64,000 nt of DNA from Mytilus trossulus (Eukaryota). The notes under the pieces were generated by a model, which was given only the letters and a program-made list of their open reading frames with translations, did not search any database and was not told the DNA's origin. Numbering within the stretch: position 1 is the first letter of the stretch; each line of letters begins with the position of its first letter. Positions 21,401-33,410 of this stretch are shown piece after piece. Location: assembly GCF_036588685.1 (NCBI RefSeq), contig NC_086382.1:71052001-71116000 (forward strand), read 5' to 3'. The translations under genes and the position numbers were made by a program.

Positions 21401-24400
21401 GTACTGTATATAGATAGGTTAAAATTTGAGAATTCTGGTCAAAAGTCTTTTTCTAAAACAGCTACTCTTCAAAGAATAAACTACACCACTTTTTTTTTCA
21501 ATTATTTAGCTTTCTTCAATTCTGAGAATTCAGCTCAAAAGAACCTATGTACAATGTATTTTCAACATCAAGATAATAATATTCCATTCTGAAATTTAAT
21601 AAACCAATCTTCCAAAATAAACAGATAAGCCCAAATAGTCATGATAGTATATAACTATCTTCTCTGGTTTTGTTGTAAAATAAACTGTAATAAAGCCTAA
21701 CATATATGTACATTGCAGTTTCTGACATTTTTGTTTTTACTTGCAGCTCCTTGGTTTTGATGTTAGTACAATAAACTCAGTACAATTTTCTAACCACACA
21801 GGTAAAGTATGAATAAATTGATAAACATTTCATTTTATCAGAAAATCTAACAAATCAGAGATGCAATATAAGACCCTTATCTGCTCCAAATATTAGTACA
21901 CATTTAAAAGTTACTATCATAATACATAATCATGATAATCATTACATTGTTGAAACTGCACTTAAAACAGGGTGTTCAGAAAATGAAAACAATTTTCACA
22001 TTTATCAAGTTACCATGGCAACAAATTATATACATGTATGTAATAGCTGGGGGATGGTCAGCACTAAATAACAATTTAATTCCTATTCGGTGTATATGTT
22101 ACAGGCATTTTCAAATTTAGGCATTTTGTAAAATGCCTGCACGATTCAGTTATTATTCATAATGACTAAATTTTCTAGGCATTTTACAGAATGCCTGAAA
22201 AAATTGAAAGGCATTTTTCCAAATTCCTGAAATTTTTTTATAGAATAAAATGTTGAGAAAAACAATTGAACACCAGAGCTGTTTCAATTATCATAATTAC
22301 TGAATTAAAAAAGAAGAGCTTAAATAATCATGATAATCAAGAATACATTTTACTGAATTATTACAATTCACACTGTAAGCACATAACAACCTTTTGTTTA
22401 AATTTCTCAAAATGTTCGTAAGACAGGACAGTACACAATATTTGTCCTGGTTTTTTTAGCAAATATATTGTGTGGCGTAAAATCTGATTGATCACTCCAA
22501 CCACAGTTGGAGAAATCTGGATCATCCCACTTTTAACTTTTTCATATGTTCCCCAAAAAATCTAAGTATATTATCATGATTCGTTTATCCGCATCGTTTG
22601 ACTTATAGCTTGAAACGGACTCAAGTAGATGTGTCCATGACAACTGATCCCTTTTTAGCAGCCAAAGCTTATCCTGTCAAAGCACTGTAATGTTTCTTTT
22701 CTTTGTCGATTTTTAGCTCTTTTAGCCAAAGGAGTCAAATGTGTTATTCTCATCTCGGTGGCTGTCTTCCGTTTTTGTCTGTTAATTTTTTTTAATCATG
22801 TTCTCTTATGTAACTACTAGGCCAACCAAACTTGGCCACAATCATCATTAGAGTATCTGGTTTAAAACATCTCTGATTGCCAAACAACATGGACAACATG
22901 GCTATAAATGGAACATAGGAGTAAAATACAGTTTTTGGCTTAATATATCTCTAAATCTAATGCATTTAGATCAAAACTGACATGGAAGTTAAAAATTTCA
23001 TCAGGTTAAGATCTAGACCTAACAGCTCTGACATTTTCAGACGATTGGACAACTGGTTGAGAACTCTAAGGTTGTTCTGCAGGGGAGATTTTGTGTTCCT
23101 GTCAAAATTCACATTTCAATTTCAAGTTGCAGTTTAAACTTCTGTCCTTTAACTAGGTCAATCCACTGTTGAAATAATCCATACAACTGAGTTATTACCA
23201 ATTTATTCATGGCTTAAAAATGCATTATGTATTTTTTGACTGAAAGCAAAAAACAGCAATGGGTCAAATAAAAACGAACTTTTCTCTACTCCATATAATA
23301 ATACTGTTTTAAATCTGCATTTTCTAAAAAATCTAATTGCAAATTTTGTTTTATTGATCGAACAGAAGAATTTGTGGCTATGCCATTTTGACAAAATATT
23401 CATAAATTCTGTGTTGGTATCTGAAATACAGAGTGAGAATCTACTTAATGTAGTTTCACTAAAAAGAACATATATATATATATCATAAGGCATAAAAAAC
23501 TTCTGATCAGGGGTTTGGAGAAAAAAATCAGTTCTACCAAACCATTAGTTATTTTCTTTGCAAGGTATTGTGTTTTTGTGATCTTTTGCCATATGCATCT
23601 CAATGATATCCTCATTTTACAAATTGCCTGAAACTCAACAGGCAATTTGTGGAATTTTGCCTCAAAAATTCAGTCATTTTACAAAATGACTAGGTATTTT
23701 TAGTCATTTTGTATAATGCCTGTCAAGGTTAGGCATTTTCTAAATTGCCTGAAAATTTAGTCATTTTACAAAATGCCTGTAACATATATCTGTATATATA
23801 AAGTCAAGATATCACATAATAAAATTAGAAGATTCTTCATTTTAAGTTTACCAGGATGGCGTGCAGGAATTTGGATTGCCCTGAGTTTATTTGTATCACA
23901 TTGCTATTTATATTAATGAATAACAAGAAATAGAAGTAAAAAATAGGTTAGATACATATGTATTACCATTCGTTTTTGATAGTATAAAGGTTTTATGGAA
24001 TTCTAACAGATTTTCTATTTTCATCCTAAAACAATCGTGTGCTGAGGTATATTATAGAAACAACGAATCCCTTCTCAAATCAACACCATGAGTTGATACT
24101 ACAAGTTGAGTGTTCTCACATTACATATAAGAAGTGATAACAGCCTTTCTCTTAATCTTCAATTTGACCGTTTTTTTAATCAATCGTAATGTGCTAAAGT
24201 TGTCAGAGAAATTGACATCTTTAAAACTGTATGACAGAAATATTAATTCGGATTGTGACACTCAAAACATGCAAAAGGAGATTGTTTGTTTATCCATACT
24301 GACATTGAAATTGATTTTTTTTTTAGAGAAACTGATTCTTAGATATTTACTTTATTAAATTTATCTGATTGAGACTGACAGGCTGTAAAATAAGGAAATA

Positions 24401-27400
24401 TAACTCTTTTCAATAAATTCAATAGTCCACTGGTACCAATGTACTTGAGAATCTATATGTATCAATATCATGCTGTAATCAAAACATGCCATTCCCTATT
24501 TTCATTCTCAATTTTAATCATCCATACAGTGACCATTTGGTTAATAATAAAATATGTATTACAAGAAATATTTTGTTTATCAATTTCTTGCATTAAAGGT
24601 GTACAAAAAAATATTTGTTCTTGTAGTTTTCTCTATTGAAACAGCACTGAAATCTGTTGGCTCTAAAACAATTTTTACTTTTGAAGGTTATGGAAAGTTC
24701 AAAGGACAAGTTTTAAATGATGATGATGTTGAGTGTTTATATGAAGGCCTCAAAGAAAACAATATACACAACTTTACTCATTTACTCACAGGTAAACTTT
24801 CTTTATATATTTGTGCAGTCTTAAGAAAGACAAGTCCAATATCGTAATTTATGTCTTTATTCATACACAGAACCTCTGGGGAGGGTACAAAACTGAAAAG
24901 ATACAAAATAAAACAAATTACCATGTTTGCAAAACAATGGCAAAGTGTTACCTAAAAAAATACAATTATGTCACTAACTAATTGCCACAACTTGTAAACC
25001 ATAGAAAACTGCATGTGAATGATCCAACAGCTACCTACATGTAGATAGACATTTATACAACCTTACAAGCAAAAGATGTCTTCATACACACAAACATTTA
25101 TAAAATAGAGCAATTTTTATCAATGTGAAGTAAAAAATATAAAAAAAACTGTACGTCCATTAAATGACACAAATGGCGTTCCATAGAAATATTTTCTTTA
25201 AAGAAACTGAGTAACGCAGATTTAAAAATAAAAAATTTAATGGGGCAAAGTTAGACCAGGCAGGTTAATTATCTTAACTTATACATGAATACTCAAAAAA
25301 AGCAGTTAACGGGCGTTACAAGGATGTAAACAAATACCGGTCAAAATGCACACAATTCACCACTTTACACAAAACATACAAAAATTACAGAATGATTCGG
25401 TGATCAGCAAAGTTCATAATACAAGTAATAAAAACTTACTCTGTGGTATGACAGCACCATTATAAAGGAAATACGATGAATTTTCTGTAGTGGAACTTTA
25501 GAAACACATTTGGCGGAAATAAAAAATCAATACATATCGACTAATAAAGAACCAAACAGAGGGGATACATAAAACAATCCAATCACAATATTGAAAAGGT
25601 AAATATGAATCTATAGAAATGTGATTGACACACAGAATTGAGTGTTAAAAAGCCTTTGTGTTTAATATGTTATAACCATCAAATAAAGATGAGTATGGAT
25701 ATGAGGAATGTGCCAACAACCATAAAAAAAAGAGCAAAAACAGCTGAACACCACCTATGGGTCTTCCACACAATAAGAAATTCAGCACCCTGAGGCGTGC
25801 TCGAGCTTGTATTTAACCAAAATGTGAACTTTCATTTGATAAAGCCTTACTGGGTTGTTGTCACACTGCCTCACTAATGAAAATGATAAGATTTTTAGTT
25901 TTACACATGCTCAAAACTTTGATTTAATTCAAAATGCCAGAAAATGATAAAAGTGTTTATGATTATGGCCAACTTCATTTGTTTTAGAACTTTAAAAAGT
26001 AGATAAAGGATTTTACAACCCTACATTCTATTTTCTTTTTTGGCAAACGTATGATTATCTATTTATTTTTTCATTGGTCATCTATTTGTAGGGTATATAG
26101 GATCCAAATCATTCCTTCAAAAAGTGGGAGATATTATAAAAGATATGAAGAAAACTAATCCTACACTGACATATGGCAAGTAATTACATTTATGATATTC
26201 AATTTTAAAGTCTGACTGATGGTGTACCATAAATCACTAGCTTTCAAGGGCGTTTACTTTTACTGTGTCGTTCTTTAGAGAAGTTTTCTTCTAAAGTTTA
26301 TCATCTATCCTTATTTCTGGTGATATCTCCTGATCAATTCACACATTTCAGTCAATGAATGATGATACAATTGATATACCAGTAAAGAACCTTCAACTGG
26401 TGTGGGTTCATTACTGTTCATCAGGTACTAATTTTCGTGGATTTCTTTGGTACAGGGAAACCATGAATTTAAATGTTCAATGAATTGCAAGAAATCCTTG
26501 CAGACTAAATCAAAACTACAAAATTAATTATTCATGAAAATGAAAGTTTACTTCAATCCACCAAATTGGTACCCATGAAAAAAAAAAATCCACAGTAATC
26601 TTACGTATTCTGATAACAAATCTTCTTTAGCATTGTAAACAAAATCAACTTTTTATTCATCAAAACACATACTATTTGTTAGAGATCTCAGTCAGCAAAT
26701 GACGAAAACTTCCAATGCCAGTTGTGATTTGAATAAAGCTTGGGGTCTGAAATGATACCTCTGTGTGTGTTGCATGCTACAACAAATTTAAAAAAAAAAC
26801 CTCTGTATGATACAAGCAATGTAGATTTATACTTTTTAAATGATAAAATAATTGGCATTCTTCAAAAGACCAGTTTTCATCCATAATATTTTTGTTTTCA
26901 GTGTGTGATCCAGTGATGGGAGACAATGGTAAAATGGTAGGTTGTCATGGTAACCACATTATGGTAATGTTATTAGGTTTTACTATATATAAGCAGATGT
27001 GAAATATAATCAGAGATCTGAGACACTTCCAGGAAAAGACCATGTGAGATGGTTTTTTCAGTTTGAAAACAATTTTGGTGCTTACTATATGTACTACACA
27101 ACTTAAATTATGTAAATATAAACAAAAGATGTGGTTTGATTGCCATTTAGACAACTATGTTCTCCTGAAACCAAATGACACATAAATAAATAAATATTGG
27201 TGACTGTACATCCTTTGATAATGAGCAAAATCATGTTTCATAGTTCCCTATAAAAAGCCCTGAAATGACAAAAATGTAAAATAATATAAAGAAGACAACT
27301 TATCACTGATACATGACCCACAAAAATATCTAACATTTCTTGAGAAGTGGAAATAAGATGTACAGGAACCAAAAAATGCTTAAATTAAATGGATTGTAGA

Positions 27401-30391
27401 TATTTCATGATGCTGATTACTTTCAACATGATAATATTTTGGAACCAGATGTACAAAGTTGTTTACATTTTGTCCTATTTTAAGTTGGAAACACACATAT
27501 ATATTTGTATACCCTAATCTAGCTGTATTACTTTATAGTATGTTCCAGAAGAGTTATTACCTGTATATAAAGAAACCATTTTACCTCTAGCTGATATCAT
27601 TACACCAAACCAATACGAAGCAGAGTAAGTACTATCAGTTGTCATTGTTTGTAAACACTTCATAAAATAGATTTTGAGTTCCCGAATTGAAGATGGAACC
27701 TAAAAAGTATTTTGTAAGATTTAAGGATGTTCGCTGCTCAGTTTCAAAATAAATAACTTTTCATAAAACTAGTAAGTATTGAAAGGGAATAAATTGAGGA
27801 ATCAAAAAAGCAAAAAAATACAGGGGTCAATGAGCTTGTTTTCGAGATATTAGCCATTGGAACTTTGGTAGGAAAATTTCTCCCTTGAGTTTTCATAGCT
27901 TTATCATTGACCAGTTAAAGTTCTCAAATACTTTTAAAAGATATGAATAACACTTTTACAAATGACTTTTAATCATTGATAATAATACATGTAAAAGATT
28001 TATAAAAAGAAAAATTGGGGTTCATGGGGAATTTTTTTAAGGCATTCAAATGGATAAAACCAGAAAATCTAACAAAAATTCCAAAACATCATTAAGCAAT
28101 AATTAAAAGTAAAAGTGTTGCTTCACACATCAAATAAGGAGATGTTTACCAGGTTTCGATGACTAAAATAACCAGAAAATCAATAATTCTGTATGCATTG
28201 CACTTTATTCAATAGCTAGACATGTTTTATTATTTTAACTGGATAGTTAAATATAACCAGATTGTTCAAATGGTTTAGAGATAAGAAGTGTCTCCTATTT
28301 CATGTATAAAGAGTGTCAATAAAATGTTCGTTTCAGCTGTGAACCTTCCATTTTCAGATTGTTGACGGGGAGATCTATAAAAAGTGAAGAAGATGCTCTG
28401 CTGGCAATGGATGATCTCCATAACATGGGTCCACAGACTGTTGTTATTAGTAGTAGTAACCTTGGAAGTAATGGTACTATAATGAGCCTAGCTAGCACAG
28501 TAAAAAGTAAGTTTTTGTAACAGTCCACAGACCATTGTTATTAGTAGTAGTAACCTTGGAAGTAATGGTACCAAAGTAAGCCTAGCTAGCACAGTTAAAA
28601 GTAAGTTTTTGCAACAGTCATAGCTGGTTTAAATATGTAAGCTTACATTTTATTCAACATTTATATACTTTTGAACGTAGCACTTATAGTTGTTTCATGC
28701 AGCTTTTTACCTATTGCTGTAAATTATTGTCTGTCATTCAATTGACAATATTTTTTTCAGATGGTTGCAAAGAAAAATTCAAGATCGAGTTTAAACTCCT
28801 ACCAGCCATATTTGTAGGAACTGGTGATTTATTTGCAGCCTGCTTAATGGCATGGATGCAGACAGATAAAAAGTTACAGGTAATCATTAACAAATTGATA
28901 GATTTATTTTAGTCCATCTGAAGTACAACCATTGAATAAGAGTTTCTTGTTTAGGTAGAAAACATTCATATTTGTAAAACCAGGAGGGTCAGTAAAAAAT
29001 TTCCAAATTAACTATATAACTAAAATAAAATGTCATAGAAGAAATTCATTTCTCTATTATAAATAGTATATTGAACAACGTATAAGGGAGAGGTTTTTAC
29101 ATGCCTTCTTAAAATAAATACTGTTAATAGTGGAATAGTACAGATTTGCATATTGGTATTAATTTAGTTTATTACGTTGCTTAGAAAGTGATTTTTTTTT
29201 TATCTATTACACACTTTATATTTTATTTTCCAGGTTGCTTTAGAAAAAACTTTATCTACCTTACAAGCTGTGATTAAAAGAACACTTACATATGCGCAAG
29301 GTAATTGGTTTTAAAGATGTCAGACAGAATAACTATAAATCAGTTTTGAACAAACATATTTGATATTTATTTATAATTTAATTTTGGATGTAACACATCT
29401 TCTGATTGGCTGACGTTATTTTGTTATGAGCCTATTGACATAAATTAGTCATGTGACCGTGATGTCATCAACGTTTTTTCATGGTTGTCTAGGGTTTAAA
29501 ATGAAATTTAGAATTAAATTATAAGAAATGACTGTAATATTTTTCTGTCTTTTGGAAATAACATAAGAAATGTGGTGCACACTGTTAAATAACCTGCTAC
29601 GCACGTTATTCATTGAGCACCAAACTTTTTATGTTATTCTTCGTAGACAGAAAAAATATTACAGTCATTTCTTAAATGTAAAAAGCATTCAAGGGAATCA
29701 CAGTACAATAAACCATATCAATGTGTTTTTGTGTGTATTGTAAGGTTTTTACTATATTGGCATTCTCCATATCTTCTATTGTAATGTGACTTACTGATTA
29801 GTTTTTGGATGACATTTTTTTTTCTTTTCTTTAAGATACATCCCTTGAATTAATATTAAAATAAAGTAAGGAAGCTTTTTAAGACATTTTTATCTGAACT
29901 GTTAATAAAGTAAAACTTGCCATATGTGTAATATACTAGAAAGAAGTCTTGCTTCTTTGTCAAAAATAATGTTTTTAGGATAAATTTTAATATAAATCAA
30001 GTGTATCTTGACCAAACTTTATTACTTGATAATTCTTGTAAAATATGTAAATGACCTCCATATTTTTTAGGGTCAACATCTTGTTTATCAAGGTCACAGC
30101 AGTAATTGATATATTGTAACTTGTCAAAATTAAGGTTTTTTTTTAAATTAATGCCTTCACCCAAATGGTCATTTATATTTTACCAAATGTAGTTAAATAA
30201 TTCCTTATGTGCGATGAACTATTCTTATGAATAGACTTTCATAATATACATTGATTCTATGATATTTATCTATTACAGAGCAAGCAGGGCCTGGTAACAC
30301 ACCAAACTCAGCACAGATGGAACTAAGACTAGTACACAGTAAAAAAGACATAGAGAACCCGAACATTATCTTTAAAGCTGTCCAACTTTGA
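18408..30391 (+). CDS. PDXK: Pyridoxal kinase, 10 coding exons, 300 aa
   Basis: Exons: 18408-18497, 21747-21801, 24687-24791, 26092-26175, 26902-26936, 27539-27624, 28358-28506, 28761-28879, 29234-29300, 30279-30391; total 903 nt, phases consistent. Motifs [57 protein letters not shown]. Confidence 0.95.
18757..20843. mobile_element. Non-autonomous P-like DNA transposon in PDXK intron 1 (2087 bp)
   Basis: ~37-bp TIR CAAGGAATTGTATATTTAAAAGGAATGGAAACGCGGC / GCCGCATTTCCATTCCTTTTAAATATAACAATTCCTTG; exact 7-bp TSD TATGAAA (18750-18756, 20844-20850); no transposase ORF. Confidence 0.8.
22097..23784. mobile_element. Non-autonomous TGT...ACA transposon (Ginger-like) in PDXK intron 2
   Basis: TATA|TGTTACAGGCATTTT ... 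AAAATGCCTGTAACA|TATA; subterminal arrays of the quasi-palindrome AGGCATTTTGTAAAATGCCT at both ends. Confidence 0.75.
27725..28095. mobile_element. TTAA-flanked MITE, second family, copy 2 (PDXK intron 6)
   Basis: Shares gcttgttttcgagatattagc, ttcatagctttatcattgac and atacatgtaaaagatttataaaaagaaaa with 6102-6490. Confidence 0.65.
28429..28619 (+). repeat. 94-bp tandem duplication of the 3' half of PDXK exon 7 and its donor site
   Basis: gtccacagac..ttgttattagtagtagtaaccttggaagtaatggtac...cctagctagcacagt.aaaagtaagtttttg.aacagtc at 28429 and again at 28523. Confidence 0.9.
29380..29676. mobile_element. Unclassified element with CTGATTGGCT head and 3' inverted repeat (PDXK intron 9)
   Basis: TAAGAAATGACTGTAATATTTTTCTGTC ... 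GACAGAAAAAATATTACAGTCATTTCTTA inverted arms. Confidence 0.55.
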
Positions 30392-33300
30392 TGAAGGGCT
30401 ATTGTTAGATATTTATTTATTGTTAAAACTAGTGATTCCATTCCTTCATCATAACACAAATACATGTTCATAGCTTCCAGGGATTCTTGACATAGAACCT
30501 CATTATTCCATAGAAAATAAACCTTTTTCTAAAACTGCTAAGTCAGTAATGAAATAGAAGTGAGCAAATATGATCAAAACATTGATTTACAAAATCATCC
30601 ATGCATTTAGATTTCTAATATGATGAATTTATTCACTTCTCTAACATTGTCAAAATTTAATTGAAAAATATATAAGTGGAAATTTTACCAAAGCTCTGTT
30701 ACATACATTTCTGTAATAGATTCAGATTATAAGTTATATGGTTTGGCCTCACCCCCTATGGATTTTACTAACCCTCTTTGGATCTGTAGGGTCATTTATC
30801 TAATGCTGGACTTTTTCTGCTGTGTTTTGTTGAAAAATAAACAATGAAACACTCAACATTAATAGATGACGTCACCATTAACACGTCATGAAAACCCTAT
30901 GGAACCTACTAACCCCCTATGGTCTCATAGGGGGTCACCATGTGACTGCGTTTAACCAATCACAATGTGATCATTCATCTGTGGTCCAATAACTATAATT
31001 TGTTTTCCTCCTTTGTAACATTGTTAGTGAGTTAGAGTGTCATTTACCATAGTAAATATACAAGTTGTTGTTTTTAAGAAAGGCACTAATTTTGAACTAA
31101 AATATTGAATGCTGTGTCTTCCTGCTTTTCTTAATGAAAGTAATAGATTGGTCTTAAGTCAACACTTAATCAACAAAAAAATTATTATATGTTCTATCAT
31201 ACATTAATTAAGCTGTTATGTTTTACTTTGCTGTGTTTCTGTAAAACTGAACAAATAGAAGATGGTACATTTGGTACAGACCTAACTGATTGGTTGTATA
31301 GATAAATACTAATCTAGGCTTAGTTGTGGGGCACATTGGGGTGTAAGTCTCATCCAAAATTGGCCCATTTTTTGTAAGCATGACATGTGAAAATAGGTAA
31401 AAAAAAGTTAGGCAGGACACAAGCCCTCTTATTACCATGATAAGCTGGGCACAGGGATCTTTGATCACAATGCACATTTATTTTATTCTATTATACTTTT
31501 TAATTTATTACAATAAGCCAACATCATGTTTCATGAATACAAAACCAGTCTGGTTTTACTAGACATACTCATATTGGTAAACTCAAATGATATTGTTATT
31601 GAAGTACACTTCAAATTATTAGGGTTTTATTTTACAGAATTTACTCACTTACTATAATTTTCTTTACAATTTATGATTTATTGAATATTTGCGACATTTT
31701 ATGTTAGTGGAACAAAAAGATGCTGTTGATATATATTTTTATATGAATAAATAATAATTGAATTTAAAATGTTTTGTGTTTTTCTATTTAATCTGCTGAC
31801 TATCAATTGACCTGTATTTTGTTTAAAAACAATATTGCATCTGTAAGAATAAGGATTATTTTTATTCATTGAATAAATGGTAAAACAGAGAAAAAAAAAC
31901 AATACATTGTTTGATAGGGCTCTGGAAATAAATAATTATTTTAATTATGCAATCTTTTCATAGAAAAGTTACTAAAAAACAAATTAGTTGCTTTCCAATG
32001 AAGTGAGCAGAAGTCATAATGGTAATATGCAAATGATTGAAAATTCATTTGTTGTCTTCTACACTTGTTATCCGTATAGTATGAAGTCATACTGTCTGTC
32101 GACACCAAATCTTTCAGCCTACTAGTATATATGAGTATATTGCTTGACGAAGATTTTACTATTATTTTTCAAACTTGCCTGTTATCTATAAAAGCAAACA
32201 GATAGAAAGAAACAGTTAATAGCATGAATGTTCATACCAACACATTTTAAACATTAGTCATCATGATAGAAATTGTCAGTTGACTCTTTACATGAGTAAT
32301 TGACCTTAACAGGACAACCTTTTCCATTTTTTTTTAAGATTAATGAACGTAGCTATCTGGGTTTTTAGTCCTTAATATATTGTCACTTTAGATCGTTTCG
32401 ATTTAATAACTGACCACTTCTACTTATTGTTTTCAAATTATAAAATGCTACTTCTGATGATGAAACGGAAGATAAGTTCAGTACTAACGAGTTATGGACC
32501 TTGCTCAATTGGAAAATTGCACTTTATGTCGTTTGTATGAAATAAATTATGAACCATTTGACCAATGCATATGTAAATGCTGTTATTGATGACTAATTGG
32601 AGGTCAACTTCGATATTTATGAAAGTTACTTTTGTCTTCATAGAGTTATGGTTCTAAGTATATTGAAAAATGGCGCTTTATGTCATTTCCGTGCAGTTAT
32701 CGAGAACCATTCAACCTATGCTCTTATAATTTGAATATGATTAAACTGATGAAGAAAAGATGGTCAAGTTTGATATTATTAGTTATTTGGTTCGCTACTG
32801 CACTCAATGGATCGATTAGTAACCTAATCCGGTTCTATTGGTTTGAGTATCATTTGATAAAATGAAATACACAAGCATATAGAACGACAATGAAAGATGC
32901 AGGAAAACAATAATTCCTTTAGCATATCTCTTTGTTTAGAATGGTCCCTAAAATTAGGTGATTAAAATTAGTTGTTGCCTTAAACATCGACTTGCGAATT
33001 TACTTTATACACACTCAATATCACTTGGCAGCCTTCAGCTTGTTGAAATTCTTACATTGAGCGTCTTCAGATTTATCTCTGATTTATCGCCCTTTTTTAT
33101 AGAGATCAACTGGTTAAGTCCTCAGTTGTTTGTTATTATTCAATCTGATTAAAACAAAACATTTTTTTTCTGAATTCTCTGTTACCTTTGTTGGCATTTG
33201 CGTGTACATGACAATCCGATCTGACAGAGCATAATATTTAAATCTGATTGTTTGCGTGACTGTCTGCTATTTATAAAGTTTGTTGTAATACGTATTCAAG

Positions 33301-33410
33301 TTGCGTTTAAAATCACAAGATTTAAAAACATAAATCCTTTATTCATATGTCAATCTGTGTCTGTGAGTCTTACTCAATGGAATGAACTTCTATTTTCTAT
33401 CGGATTCTCT

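Noticed and set aside
30733-30946. Weak inverted repeat (CCCCCTATG / CATAGGGGG) downstream of the PDXK stop
   Set aside because: Probably an old MITE, but the ends and TSD could not be defined.
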